Of a DNA stretch of 64,000 bases, positions 44,647-53,513 are shown in pieces (the first letter of the stretch is position 1; every line of letters begins with the position of its first letter). The notes below the pieces were generated by a model. It was not told the origin of the DNA. It was given only the letters and a program-made list of their open reading frames with translations, and ran no database searches. Source of the stretch: an uncultured Saprospiraceae bacterium (lineage in GTDB: Bacteria > Bacteroidota > Bacteroidia > Chitinophagales > Saprospiraceae); contig CALGAW010000010.1 of assembly GCA_937959115.1 (NCBI GenBank), positions 63,357 to 127,356 of the forward strand, read 5' to 3'. Position numbers and translations under genes: made by a program.

Positions 44647-45060
44647 ATGAAAAAAGATCAGGTTCCTCAAGACGATGAAAATCTATTAGAAGGTAAGTTC
44701 AAAGTCCTTAAGTACGCCATGGATGATGAAGGAAAATACATCGGAGTTGGAAGCAAAGGATGGGAACCTGAAAACGTAGCACTCAAGCAAGCCTGGGAGG
44801 TCATTAATGAAAAAGTGGAGGAAGCAAGGCAACTTGTATTGCAAGGCAAAGCTAGCCCAATTTTATACTTCATGGAAAAGAACCTAATGGATGCAAAATT
44901 ACTAGCAAGCCATTCTGGTTATTTCACTTGGACAGTTAAAAGACATTTGAAACCTGATGTATTCAAAAAATTATCCGAAAAACGCTTAGAAAATTATGCT
45001 CGAGTATTTAATATCTCGGTTCAAGAATTAATCACCCTAAAAGAGAAGAATGAGCATTGA
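44647..45060 (+). CDS. Hypothetical protein (137 aa) with a possible C-terminal HTH-like segment
   Basis: It overlaps the downstream BtrH-like gene by 11 nt. I recognise no family for it. Confidence 0.45.
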   Translation: MKKDQVPQDDENLLEGKFKVLKYAMDDEGKYIGVGSKGWEPENVALKQAWEVINEKVEEARQLVLQGKASPILYFMEKNLMDAKLLASHSGYFTWTVKRHLKPDVFKKLSEKRLENYARVFNISVQELITLKEKNEH

Positions 45061-46054
45061 TTTTCAGCATTTTCAGTCAGCACATTGTGAAAATGGAGCA
45101 GTCGTTAACTTATTAAACCATCAAGGACTCAAACTAAGCGAACCAATGGTCTTTGGCGTTGGTTCAGGGCTATTTTTCGCCTACCTACCATTCTTTAAAT
45201 TGAATGGGATACCCGTTATCAGCTATCGGTCATTACCAGGGTGGATCTTTAAATGTGCTTCAAAGCGACTCGGAATAAAGTTTAAAACCAAGATGTTCTT
45301 TAGCGAAAACAATGCAATGGACGAATTGGATAAATGCCTAGACAAAGGAATTCCCGTAGGAATGCTATCAAGCGTTTTCTATCTCCCCTATCTCCCTAAA
45401 GCCTTCAGATTCCACTTCAATGCACACAACATCGTTGTCTATGGAAAAGAAGGGAACGAATACCTGGTCAGCGATTCCGTTATGGAAACAACGACAAGGA
45501 TTGACAGAAAAGACTTGATTCGAGCACGCTTTGCCAAAGGAACTTCTCCTCCAAGAGGGAGAATGTACTATCCAGTTAGCATGCCAGATGATATCCCTTG
45601 GGAAAAAGCCATCCGACATGGCATCCGACGGACAGCCTACGAACTAACAAGCATTCCAGTCCCACTGTTTGGACTAAAGGGCATTCACACCTTCGCAAAA
45701 CAAGTCCGCAAATGGCCCAACAAACTAAGTGCAAGGAAAGCTTCCCAGTATGCCGGCAACGTGATTCGGATGCAAGAAGAAATAGGTACAGGTGGTGCTG
45801 GATTCAGATTTGTTTATGCCGCCTTCCTGCAAGAAGTAGCTCCGATCATCGGTGAAGAATGGCTCACTGAAAAAGCAACTGAACTGACGAGTATCGGAGA
45901 CCGATGGAGAGACATGGCATACATTGCTGGTAGAATTTGCAAAGGTAGAAATGATGAAAATGAAAGCTACGATGCTATGGCTGACATCATGGTAGAATGT
46001 GCCGAACGAGAACACGCCTTGTTCACTGAATTATCTCAAAAGGTAAAACGATAA
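45050..46054 (+). CDS. BtrH N-terminal domain protein (papain-like, C39-related; DUF4872-type)
   Basis: 'FQSAHCENGAVVNLLNHQGL…GVGSGLFFAYLPF' is a BtrH_N-like Cys/His fold. Confidence 0.5.
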   Translation: MSIDFQHFQSAHCENGAVVNLLNHQGLKLSEPMVFGVGSGLFFAYLPFFKLNGIPVISYRSLPGWIFKCASKRLGIKFKTKMFFSENNAMDELDKCLDKGIPVGMLSSVFYLPYLPKAFRFHFNAHNIVVYGKEGNEYLVSDSVMETTTRIDRKDLIRARFAKGTSPPRGRMYYPVSMPDDIPWEKAIRHGIRRTAYELTSIPVPLFGLKGIHTFAKQVRKWPNKLSARKASQYAGNVIRMQEEIGTGGAGFRFVYAAFLQEVAPIIGEEWLTEKATELTSIGDRWRDMAYIAGRICKGRNDENESYDAMADIMVECAEREHALFTELSQKVKR

Positions 46055-46063
46055 GTTCCACCA

Positions 46064-46801
46064 ATGATTGAAATAAAAGACCTTATAAAACAATACCCAA
46101 AAGCCATAAGCCCAGCTGTTAACTCCATTTCTATTCATATAAAAGAAGGTGCGTTTTTTGGCCTGTTTGGACCCAATGGCGCTGGTAAAACCACCACCAT
46201 CTCAATACTCTGCGGACTGATACGCGCGAATGCTGGATCCGCAAAAATCAATGGGTTAGATGTTCAGAATGACAGTGAACAACTAAAACACTTTATAGGC
46301 GTTGTCCCACAAGAGATCGCCTTGTTCCCTAGCCTCACCGCAAGAGAAAACCTTCGCTACTTTGGTAAAATGTATGGCATCCCAGAACCCGAACTTACTC
46401 AAAGAATTACACAATATTTAGACATGTTTGGCTTGCTACAAAATGCAAATCGATTGCTTGAAACCTTTTCAGGCGGGATGAAGCGCCGTACCAATCTGAT
46501 TGCTGGTATTTTACATCACCCAAAGCTATTATTTTTAGATGAGCCGACTGTTGGAATTGATGTGCAATCAAAGGCAGTGATCAATCAGTTCTTAAGAGAA
46601 TTGAACCAAAGCGGAACCACCATCGTCTACACGTCTCATCACTTAAAAGAAGCAGAGTCATTGTGCAATGCTATCGCAATAATAGACCAAGGAAAAATTG
46701 TAACCACTGGCCAGCCTCAACAGCTTATCGCCTCTTGTGAAGGGGCCAAGCACTTAGAAGACGTATTTTTAGCATTAACCGGAGAAGCCTTAAGAGATTG
46801 A
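46064..46801 (+). CDS. ABC transporter ATP-binding protein
   Basis: Walker A 'GPNGAGKTTT', signature 'FSGGMKRR', Walker B 'LLFLDEPT'. Confidence 0.85.
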   Translation: MIEIKDLIKQYPKAISPAVNSISIHIKEGAFFGLFGPNGAGKTTTISILCGLIRANAGSAKINGLDVQNDSEQLKHFIGVVPQEIALFPSLTARENLRYFGKMYGIPEPELTQRITQYLDMFGLLQNANRLLETFSGGMKRRTNLIAGILHHPKLLFLDEPTVGIDVQSKAVINQFLRELNQSGTTIVYTSHHLKEAESLCNAIAIIDQGKIVTTGQPQQLIASCEGAKHLEDVFLALTGEALRD

Positions 46802-48090
46802 TGGAAAAACTGATTGCATCCATAAAGAAAGAGTATTTAGTGCTGATTAGAGATCGAGCAGGTCTTGCTATATTGTTTCTGATGCCGGTTACATTGGTCT
46901 TTATCATGTCAGTCATTCAAGACGCGCCGTTCCGAGATTTTCAGGAAGCAAGCATTCCACTTCTTATCATCAATCAAGACCAAGATTCCCTAGGCGTTGC
47001 TATTGAACGAGGCTTGCGAAATTCAGATATTTTCAAACTAGAGTCTTCCGCCCTTTCAAACCCAACTGAGATCAGCAAAAAGATCAGAGATGACGGGTAT
47101 GCATTAGGTATTCTTATACCGAAAGGTGCAACAACCGCCTTGCGCAAAAAAGCAGATATTCGCGTCTCCAAAACATTGGAAGGCCTTGGCTTGTCAGAAG
47201 GGATTGATGAGGAAGCCATAGACAAGGTCAACGTTCAGCTTTTCCTTGACCCTGCCACCAAAAAATCCTTTAAAAGCTCCTTGTTATCTGCTATCCGTCA
47301 ATTCACTACAGCCATTGAAAACAAGATACTACTCGAATCATTTGCCAAGTCGCTCACCGAAGTGATACCAGGCGCTTCCGAAGGCGAACCACTCGTTTTT
47401 GAGCAGAAAGAACTCATTCACTTCGAAGAGCATTATACTGGACAAAATGAACAAATCATCTCCGCTTCGATGAACTCTGTCCAGCACAATGTACCTGCTT
47501 GGACCATGTTTGCCATGTTCTTCATCGTTATTCCCTTAGCTGGTCATATGATCAAGGAGCGCGATCAAGGAAGCACACTACGATTACACCTAATGCCTGG
47601 CTCAGATTTAATTGTCCCCGCAGGCAAGCTCCTTTTGTACGTTGGTGTCTGTATGCTTCAGTTTTTAATGATGTTATTGGTCGGTTTACTGATTTTACCG
47701 TCGTTTGGTTTGCCAATGCTTGTGCTAGGGAGCAGTCCATTCGCTTTATTGCTCGTTGCACTAGCGTCTTCTTTTGCAGCTACTGGATACGGCATCATGA
47801 TTGGCACCGTTTTCAGAACCCACCAACAGGCAATGTCCTTTGGTGCGGTATCCATTATCATCCTAGCAGCCATCGGCGGTATTTGGGTGCCTCTTTACAT
47901 TATGCCTCAGGCCATGCAGACACTCGGCAGCTTATCACCATTAAACTGGGGGCTGAGTGGATTTAATGATATCTTTCTTCGCGGTGGTGGGTTACCAGCT
48001 GTCGTTCCTGAAGTGACGAGATTGATGCTATTTGCCGCCTGCACTGCGGGAATATCTTGGTGGGTAGGCAGGAAGGGATTAAATATCTAA
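46798..48090 (+). CDS. ABC-2 family transporter permease
   Basis: The start overlaps the ATPase stop in an ATGA arrangement. It has six C-terminal TM helices and a large periplasmic loop. Confidence 0.75.
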   Translation: MMEKLIASIKKEYLVLIRDRAGLAILFLMPVTLVFIMSVIQDAPFRDFQEASIPLLIINQDQDSLGVAIERGLRNSDIFKLESSALSNPTEISKKIRDDGYALGILIPKGATTALRKKADIRVSKTLEGLGLSEGIDEEAIDKVNVQLFLDPATKKSFKSSLLSAIRQFTTAIENKILLESFAKSLTEVIPGASEGEPLVFEQKELIHFEEHYTGQNEQIISASMNSVQHNVPAWTMFAMFFIVIPLAGHMIKERDQGSTLRLHLMPGSDLIVPAGKLLLYVGVCMLQFLMMLLVGLLILPSFGLPMLVLGSSPFALLLVALASSFAATGYGIMIGTVFRTHQQAMSFGAVSIIILAAIGGIWVPLYIMPQAMQTLGSLSPLNWGLSGFNDIFLRGGGLPAVVPEVTRLMLFAACTAGISWWVGRKGLNI

Positions 48091-48131
48091 CATCATTTCT
48101 TCACTGCGGATGTTTTTTTGCATCAAAATCG

Positions 48132-48139
48132 TATCTTTG
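48132..48139 (+). promoter_or_regulatory. -7 box TATCTTTG upstream of the 48170 start
   Basis: Matches TAnnTTTG. Confidence 0.35.
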
Positions 48140-48169
48140 AATACACCAGTATATTTCAACCTCACAATT

Positions 48170-48970
48170 ATGAAAAAAGTCCTTGTAATCCTTTTCGTTT
48201 TAGCTGCATCTATCTCCTTCATTCATGCGCAAACTTGCTCCAACAACCCCTTTCTTGCAAATGGCAGCATCAGTCCATCACCTTTGGCTCCAGGGGGCAC
48301 AGGCATTGCTTCTTTTACGTTTAACGACAATATGGGTAGTTATGATGGTTGGCAAAATGATCCAATCACCGTTACCATGTGTTTTCTAAATATTGCTCCA
48401 ACAAATGGAGTAAGTGCGATTTCTGGAAACGGTGCGGGCTGGTTTACTTGGATTTACAACTCGAGTATCAACTGCCTTCAGGGAACTCAAAACCAAACTA
48501 CAAACGCAAATACACCTGGCAATATTTCTGTTAACATTTACCAAACCGTTCCTAAAGTTTGTGGCAGTAGTGCAAACAGTATGGGTTACAACATAAATCT
48601 TCAACCTGCAGCATGCATGAATGGTACAAATAGTGCTTCAGATGATGCAACGAGCAGCTATACCTGCGTTGCGCCTACATCTGTCGAACAAATCAACAAG
48701 CAACTCCAGCTAGATGTTGCAATTTACCCAAACCCAACAGCTTCACAATTAAATATCAATATTACCAATGGCTCAGCACCGAAAACTGTGTTTTTCTCCA
48801 TCACCAACTTACTAGGAAGCGTCATCAAAAAAATGGAAGCACAAGAAATAACAACTGGCGAACAGCTGATTACCTTCAATGTCAGCGATCTTGCAGATGG
48901 AGCTTACTTCCTAGGCGTTCAAGATGCCAATGGCAAGGGAGGCGTAGTCAGATTTACAGTTGTACAATAG
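48170..48970 (+). CDS. Secreted protein with a T9SS type A C-terminal sorting domain
   Basis: A signal peptide is present ('MKKVLVILFVLAASISFIHAQ'). The C-terminus is 'VAIYPNPTASQLNINITNG…ADGAYFLGVQDANGKGGVVRFTVVQ'. Confidence 0.7.
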   Translation: MKKVLVILFVLAASISFIHAQTCSNNPFLANGSISPSPLAPGGTGIASFTFNDNMGSYDGWQNDPITVTMCFLNIAPTNGVSAISGNGAGWFTWIYNSSINCLQGTQNQTTNANTPGNISVNIYQTVPKVCGSSANSMGYNINLQPAACMNGTNSASDDATSSYTCVAPTSVEQINKQLQLDVAIYPNPTASQLNINITNGSAPKTVFFSITNLLGSVIKKMEAQEITTGEQLITFNVSDLADGAYFLGVQDANGKGGVVRFTVVQ

Positions 48971-49034
48971 ACCATCGTTAAGAAGTTACCTTTACTGAAA
49001 ATTACGATCAGAAAAATAAGATTTCTTTGGGCGT

Positions 49035-49150
49035 ATCCCTCCACATTCCTAAGGTCATGTTTCGGGTCGCGTCATCCGCTCTTATGTGCTCCTTACAGTC
49101 CGCGCATACCGCTTCTACCGCTTACGCGCGGTTGAAATCTATTCGTCTTT
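49035..49150 (-). ncRNA. ffs: Candidate signal recognition particle RNA (4.5S / small SRP RNA, ffs-like)
   Basis: The minus strand reads '…GCGCGGACU-GUAA-GGAGCACAUAAGAGCGGAUGACGCGACCCG…'. This aligns with E. coli 4.5S helix 8, 'GGUCC-GGAA-GGAAGCAGCCAAGGCAGAUGACGCGUGUGCC' (GNRA tetraloop, AAGGA…GCA, and the identical 9-mer GAUGACGCG). The region is a GC-rich island in AT-rich DNA, and only spurious ORFs are called there. The ends are approximate. Confidence 0.45.
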
Positions 49151-49466
49151 CGAACCCTGTAAAAATGATGTTGGAAGTTAAACCAAACAACAAAGCTTCT
49201 AGCGCTTGAAGAAAATCACTGAAGATCATCGCTCTAATCTAACTTCCGTCTTCGGTCTTCTGTCTCCAGTTTTCTGGCTTCCCCCACAAAATTTGCTAAC
49301 AAATAATCACGTTCAACGAATAATAAAAAAGTATAAAGTAGTCAAACCATTAATTTCTACAAGTTTTTTTGGGATAACTTATAAATTCAACCTACATTTA
49401 TAGCTTGTTGAAACGATTCGTAATCGCACGAATATCCATTGATAACAACGAAATTCGAAGAATAAT

Positions 49467-51278
49467 ATGAGCTCAAGAAAGCTGTTGGAAGTTAGAAACC
49501 TGAAAACTCAATTTAATACAGAAGGCGGTCTTGTCAAAGCAGTAGACGACGTCTCGTTTGATATTGCCCGTGGTGAAACGGTTGGTATTGTTGGTGAATC
49601 AGGATCTGGAAAATCTGTTACCTCGCTTTCTATCATGAGGCTAATACCTAATCCACCTGGTAAAATAGCCGGTGGAGAAATCATTTTTCATGACCCTAAC
49701 ACAGGGAAACCAGTCGATCTTGTACAAGTAGACGAAGATGATATGCGGAAATATCGCGGCAACGAAATCTCGATGATTTTTCAAGAGCCAATGACTTCCC
49801 TAAATCCTGTATTCACCTGTGGAAATCAAGTAACTGAAGCGATTATTCTTCACCAAAAAGTTTCGGACGAAAAAGCAAAAGAGCTGACACTCGATCTATT
49901 TGAAAAAGTACAGTTACCTGATCCTGAACGTGTGTTCAACGCTTATCCCCATCAGTTATCTGGTGGACAAAAGCAACGGGTAATGATCGCCATGGCAATG
50001 TCCTGCAATCCTAGTATTCTAATTGCGGATGAACCAACTACAGCATTGGATGTAACCGTTCAAAAAACCATCCTTCAATTGATGAATGATCTGCGTAAAC
50101 AGATTGACGCATCCATTATTTTCATTACACATGATTTAGGAGTAATCGCTGAGATCGCAGATCGTGTAATCGTTATGTACAAAGGAAAAATTGTAGAACA
50201 AGGGAATGTATATGATATCTTTTCAAACCCAAGACACCCCTATACAAAAGGCTTACTCGCCTGTCGCCCACCCTTAGACTACAGAATGCACAAACTTCCA
50301 ATCGTAAGCGATTTTATGGACGTCACCTTCGATGCAAACGGCGACCGTATCATCGAAGAGAAGGAAGCTTCTATGGAAAAGGTGATTGAAGCAGCCAAGA
50401 TTAAGCCAGATGAACACGCAGCAAGAAAAAAACGACTATACGATCAAAAACCGATTCTAGAAGTTGAAAATCTTCAGACCTGGTTCTCAACAAAAAAGAA
50501 CTTCTTTGGTAAAACGACCTCGTGGGTCAAAGCAGTAGACGATATTTCCTTTAAAGTATATCCAGGAGAAACACTTGGGCTTGTAGGAGAATCAGGATGC
50601 GGTAAAACGACCCTAGGACGAACTATTTTACGTTTAGCGCCTGCAAGAGGTGGAAAAGTACTATTTGAAGGCAAAAGCGTATTAGAACTGAACCAGCGAG
50701 ATCTCAAGGAAATAAGACGCGATATGCAGATTATCTTCCAAGATCCTTACTCATCACTCAACCCACGTATGACCATCGGGAATGCCATAATGGAGCCGAT
50801 GCAAGTCCACAAAGTACTGGCCAATGATGTAGAAAGAAAAGAAAAGGTGATCGAATTACTCGAAACAGTAAGTCTAGAAGCTGATCACTTCAATCGTTAC
50901 CCTCACGAGTTCTCAGGCGGTCAGCGTCAACGGATCTGTGTTGCACGTGCCTTGGCTCTTGAGCCGAAGTTTATTATCTGCGATGAGTCGGTTTCCGCAT
51001 TAGACGTATCTGTTCAGGCGCAAGTGTTGAACCTGTTAATCGAATTGAGAGAGAAGTTCAACTTCACCTACATTTTCATTTCACATGATTTGTCCGTTGT
51101 TAAATTCATGAGCGATCGAATGATTGTTATGAATAAAGGAAAAATTGAGGAAATGGGAGATGCAGATGAGATCTACGCCAATCCTAAACGTGAGTATACT
51201 CAAAAGTTGATTCAAGCCATTCCAAAAGGAAGAATAGAAGACATTTCAAAAAGAATGACAGATACATTACCTAAATAG
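49467..51278 (+). CDS. Fused double-ATPase ABC transporter protein (YejF/GsiA/DppDF-like peptide-transporter ATPase)
   Basis: Two complete ABC domains ('GESGSGKSVT…LSGGQKQR…' and 'GESGCGKTTL…FSGGQRQR…'), each followed by an oligopeptide-transporter C-terminal region ('PRHPYTKGLL'). Confidence 0.8.
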   Translation: MSSRKLLEVRNLKTQFNTEGGLVKAVDDVSFDIARGETVGIVGESGSGKSVTSLSIMRLIPNPPGKIAGGEIIFHDPNTGKPVDLVQVDEDDMRKYRGNEISMIFQEPMTSLNPVFTCGNQVTEAIILHQKVSDEKAKELTLDLFEKVQLPDPERVFNAYPHQLSGGQKQRVMIAMAMSCNPSILIADEPTTALDVTVQKTILQLMNDLRKQIDASIIFITHDLGVIAEIADRVIVMYKGKIVEQGNVYDIFSNPRHPYTKGLLACRPPLDYRMHKLPIVSDFMDVTFDANGDRIIEEKEASMEKVIEAAKIKPDEHAARKKRLYDQKPILEVENLQTWFSTKKNFFGKTTSWVKAVDDISFKVYPGETLGLVGESGCGKTTLGRTILRLAPARGGKVLFEGKSVLELNQRDLKEIRRDMQIIFQDPYSSLNPRMTIGNAIMEPMQVHKVLANDVERKEKVIELLETVSLEADHFNRYPHEFSGGQRQRICVARALALEPKFIICDESVSALDVSVQAQVLNLLIELREKFNFTYIFISHDLSVVKFMSDRMIVMNKGKIEEMGDADEIYANPKREYTQKLIQAIPKGRIEDISKRMTDTLPK

Positions 51279-51428
51279 GTTCCTGTTAGAGATATATCGG
51301 GTATGTTAATGAGCTAAACGGATTAGAATTCTATCCGTTTTAGTAATAGTAGTTCCGATTTTTAAACTACAATTTATATTAGTTTTCCGATTTAACAGAA
51401 TTACCTTATCAAATTGCCTAATATTTTA

Positions 51429-51436
51429 TAATTTTG
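51429..51436 (+). promoter_or_regulatory. -7 box TAATTTTG upstream of the carboxyltransferase gene
   Basis: Matches TAnnTTTG. It is so close to the 51446 ATG that the real start may be the ATG at 51458. Confidence 0.3.
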
Positions 51437-51445
51437 TGCACTTAA

Positions 51446-53107
51446 TTGAGCACACCTATGGCCACAAAGAAAAAAAAGGTTTCCGACTTAGAGTTTAACC
51501 AAAACGAAGATGCAATGAAACTGTCCCTCTCAAAGTTGGACAGAATTTTACGAAAAGTGCATCTTGGTGGTGGACAAAAACGGATTGACAAGCATAAAGC
51601 AAAAGGAAAGCTAACAGCTCGTGAGCGTGTGGATTATCTGCTAGACAAAAACTCGGATTTTATTGAAGTTGGCGCGTTAGCCGGTTATGAGATGTATGAG
51701 GAGTACGGAGGATGCCCTTCAGGTGGCGTGGTCACAGGCATGGGATATGTGTCAGGTCGACTTTGTATGATTGTAGCAAATGATGCTACAGTGAAAGCAG
51801 GAGCTTGGTTTCCTATCACTGGAAAAAAGAACCTGCGTGCTCAGGAAATTGCAATGGAAAACCGCTTGCCAATCATATACCTTGTAGACAGTGCGGGCGT
51901 ATTCTTACCAATGCAAGATGAGATCTTTCCTGACAAGGAACACTTTGGTCGAATGTTTCGAAATAACGCAAAAATGTCAAGCATGGGCATCCCTCAAGTT
52001 GCCGCTATTATGGGACCTTGTGTCGCTGGTGGTGCTTACTTACCCATTATGTCCGACGAAGCGCTAATCGTTGATAAAACAGGGAGCATTTTCCTAGCAG
52101 GGCCATACCTTGTGAAGGCAGCAATTGGTGAAGAGGTGGACAAGGAAACACTTGGCGGAGCAACAACTCAATGTGAAATTTCTGGAGTGACAGATTATAA
52201 ATTGCCAGATGATAAGTCATGCCTTGAAACAATCCGTGACTTGATCGATAAAATGGGCACGTTTGAATCTGCTGGTTTTGATCGTGCAAAAGCCAAATTA
52301 CCGAAAAAGGACATGGCTGAGATCTATGGTCTTTATCCTGAAAAAAGCTCAAAACCTTACAACTCATACGAAATTTTGGAACGTCTGGTGGATGATTCTA
52401 AATACACAGAATACAAAGCTGGATATGGAAAAACAATCATCTGTGCTTATGCTCGCATTGACGGCTGGTCTGTAGGGATTGTGTCCAATAATCGCCAAGT
52501 AGTTAAAAATAAGAAAGGAGAAATGCAGTTTGGTGGTGTCATCTATTCTGATTCAGCAGATAAGGCGGCGCGATTTATAATGAATTGCAACCAAAAGAAA
52601 ATCCCTTTAGTTTTCCTTCATGACGTGACTGGTTTTATGGTCGGTAAGCGTTCAGAACATGGTGGAATAATCAAGGATGGTGCAAAAATGGTGAATGCAG
52701 TTTCTAATTCTACTGTACCTAAATTCAGTATTGTAATTGGTAACTCTTATGGAGCTGGAAATTATGCAATGTGTGGTAAAGCCTATGACCCACGCCTTAT
52801 TTATGCTTGGCCTACAGCAAAAATAGCAGTAATGGGTGGAGCACAAGCCGCAAAAGTTCTCGTTCAAATTCAAATGGCTTCAAAGAAGGCAAAAGGTGAA
52901 GCACCTAATGAAACGGAAGAAAAAGAACTCTACGAAAAGATCAAAGCAAGGTACGACAAGCAGACTACTCCTTATTACGCTGCTGCCCGTTTGTGGGTAG
53001 ATGGTATTATTGACCCACTTGATACTCGTAAAGTGATTTCTAGTGGAATAGAGGCTGCAAATAATGCTCCTGTAGAAAAATTCAACCCTGGAGTTATTCA
53101 AACTTAA
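51446..53107 (+). CDS. Acyl-CoA carboxylase carboxyltransferase (beta) subunit (PccB/MccB/AccD5-like)
   Basis: A carboxyltransferase domain is present in both halves ('LTARERVDYLLDK', 'GMGYVSGRLCMIVANDATVKAGAW', 'HDVTGFMVGKRSEHGGIIKDGAKMV'). Confidence 0.85.
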   Translation: MSTPMATKKKKVSDLEFNQNEDAMKLSLSKLDRILRKVHLGGGQKRIDKHKAKGKLTARERVDYLLDKNSDFIEVGALAGYEMYEEYGGCPSGGVVTGMGYVSGRLCMIVANDATVKAGAWFPITGKKNLRAQEIAMENRLPIIYLVDSAGVFLPMQDEIFPDKEHFGRMFRNNAKMSSMGIPQVAAIMGPCVAGGAYLPIMSDEALIVDKTGSIFLAGPYLVKAAIGEEVDKETLGGATTQCEISGVTDYKLPDDKSCLETIRDLIDKMGTFESAGFDRAKAKLPKKDMAEIYGLYPEKSSKPYNSYEILERLVDDSKYTEYKAGYGKTIICAYARIDGWSVGIVSNNRQVVKNKKGEMQFGGVIYSDSADKAARFIMNCNQKKIPLVFLHDVTGFMVGKRSEHGGIIKDGAKMVNAVSNSTVPKFSIVIGNSYGAGNYAMCGKAYDPRLIYAWPTAKIAVMGGAQAAKVLVQIQMASKKAKGEAPNETEEKELYEKIKARYDKQTTPYYAAARLWVDGIIDPLDTRKVISSGIEAANNAPVEKFNPGVIQT

Positions 53108-53146
53108 ACTTTATACTAAAACCCTTGTTTTACTAAAAAAAAGAAC

Positions 53147-53401
53147 ATGAATATCGCGTTTAGTCCCATTATCGTTGTCATTTTGCTTGTCGTGGCTATC
53201 CTAATGAGCCTAGTTGGAAGAGCCCGTAAGAAACAATTAGCCTCAGAAGACACCCTTGATACTGCAATAGAGGAAAATACAGAGGGTCAGAGTAAGGCGA
53301 AGTTATGGTTTAAGCGGTTAGGCTTTGCTGGCTTCATGTTTTTTTTAATCAAAGGTATTGTCTGGTTATTTATCTTTTACTACGCAGGAAAGTCACTTTA
53401 A
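53147..53401 (+). CDS. Small membrane protein (two TM helices), hypothetical
   Basis: Hydrophobic N- and C-terminal segments only. Confidence 0.4.
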   Translation: MNIAFSPIIVVILLVVAILMSLVGRARKKQLASEDTLDTAIEENTEGQSKAKLWFKRLGFAGFMFFLIKGIVWLFIFYYAGKSL

Positions 53402-53502
53402 CGAATTCTGTTCGCAACCTGAAGGATTTTCAACACTAAAAACTAGTAGGTTCTAAGTTTCTAGATATACAGAATTTTATCCGCTCAATTCAATAATTAA
53501 AT

Positions 53503-53510
53503 TAACTTTG
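53503..53510 (+). promoter_or_regulatory. -7 box TAACTTTG; it implies that the methyltransferase starts at ATG 53514 rather than at 53508
   Basis: Matches TAnnTTTG and overlaps the track's TTG start. Confidence 0.3.
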
Positions 53511-53513
53511 TGG

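Noticed and set aside
49027-49403. Two predicted plus-strand ORFs (60 and 65 aa) in the T9SS-gene/ABC-ATPase spacer
   Set aside because: They have no start-site context, no -7 box and no recognisable domain. The GC-rich block they cover is better explained by an SRP-RNA-like structured RNA on the opposite strand.
49020-49420. Considered tmRNA (ssrA) or RNase P RNA for the GC-rich structured region
   Set aside because: Neither strand shows the tmRNA 5' GGGG…UCGACGGG and 3' GGUUCGAUUCC…CCA tRNA-like ends, nor the RNase P GGAAAGUCCGGGCU and P4 motifs. The plus-strand reading 'EVKPNNKASSA*' superficially resembles a tag peptide but lacks the ALAA ending and the flanking pseudoknot context.
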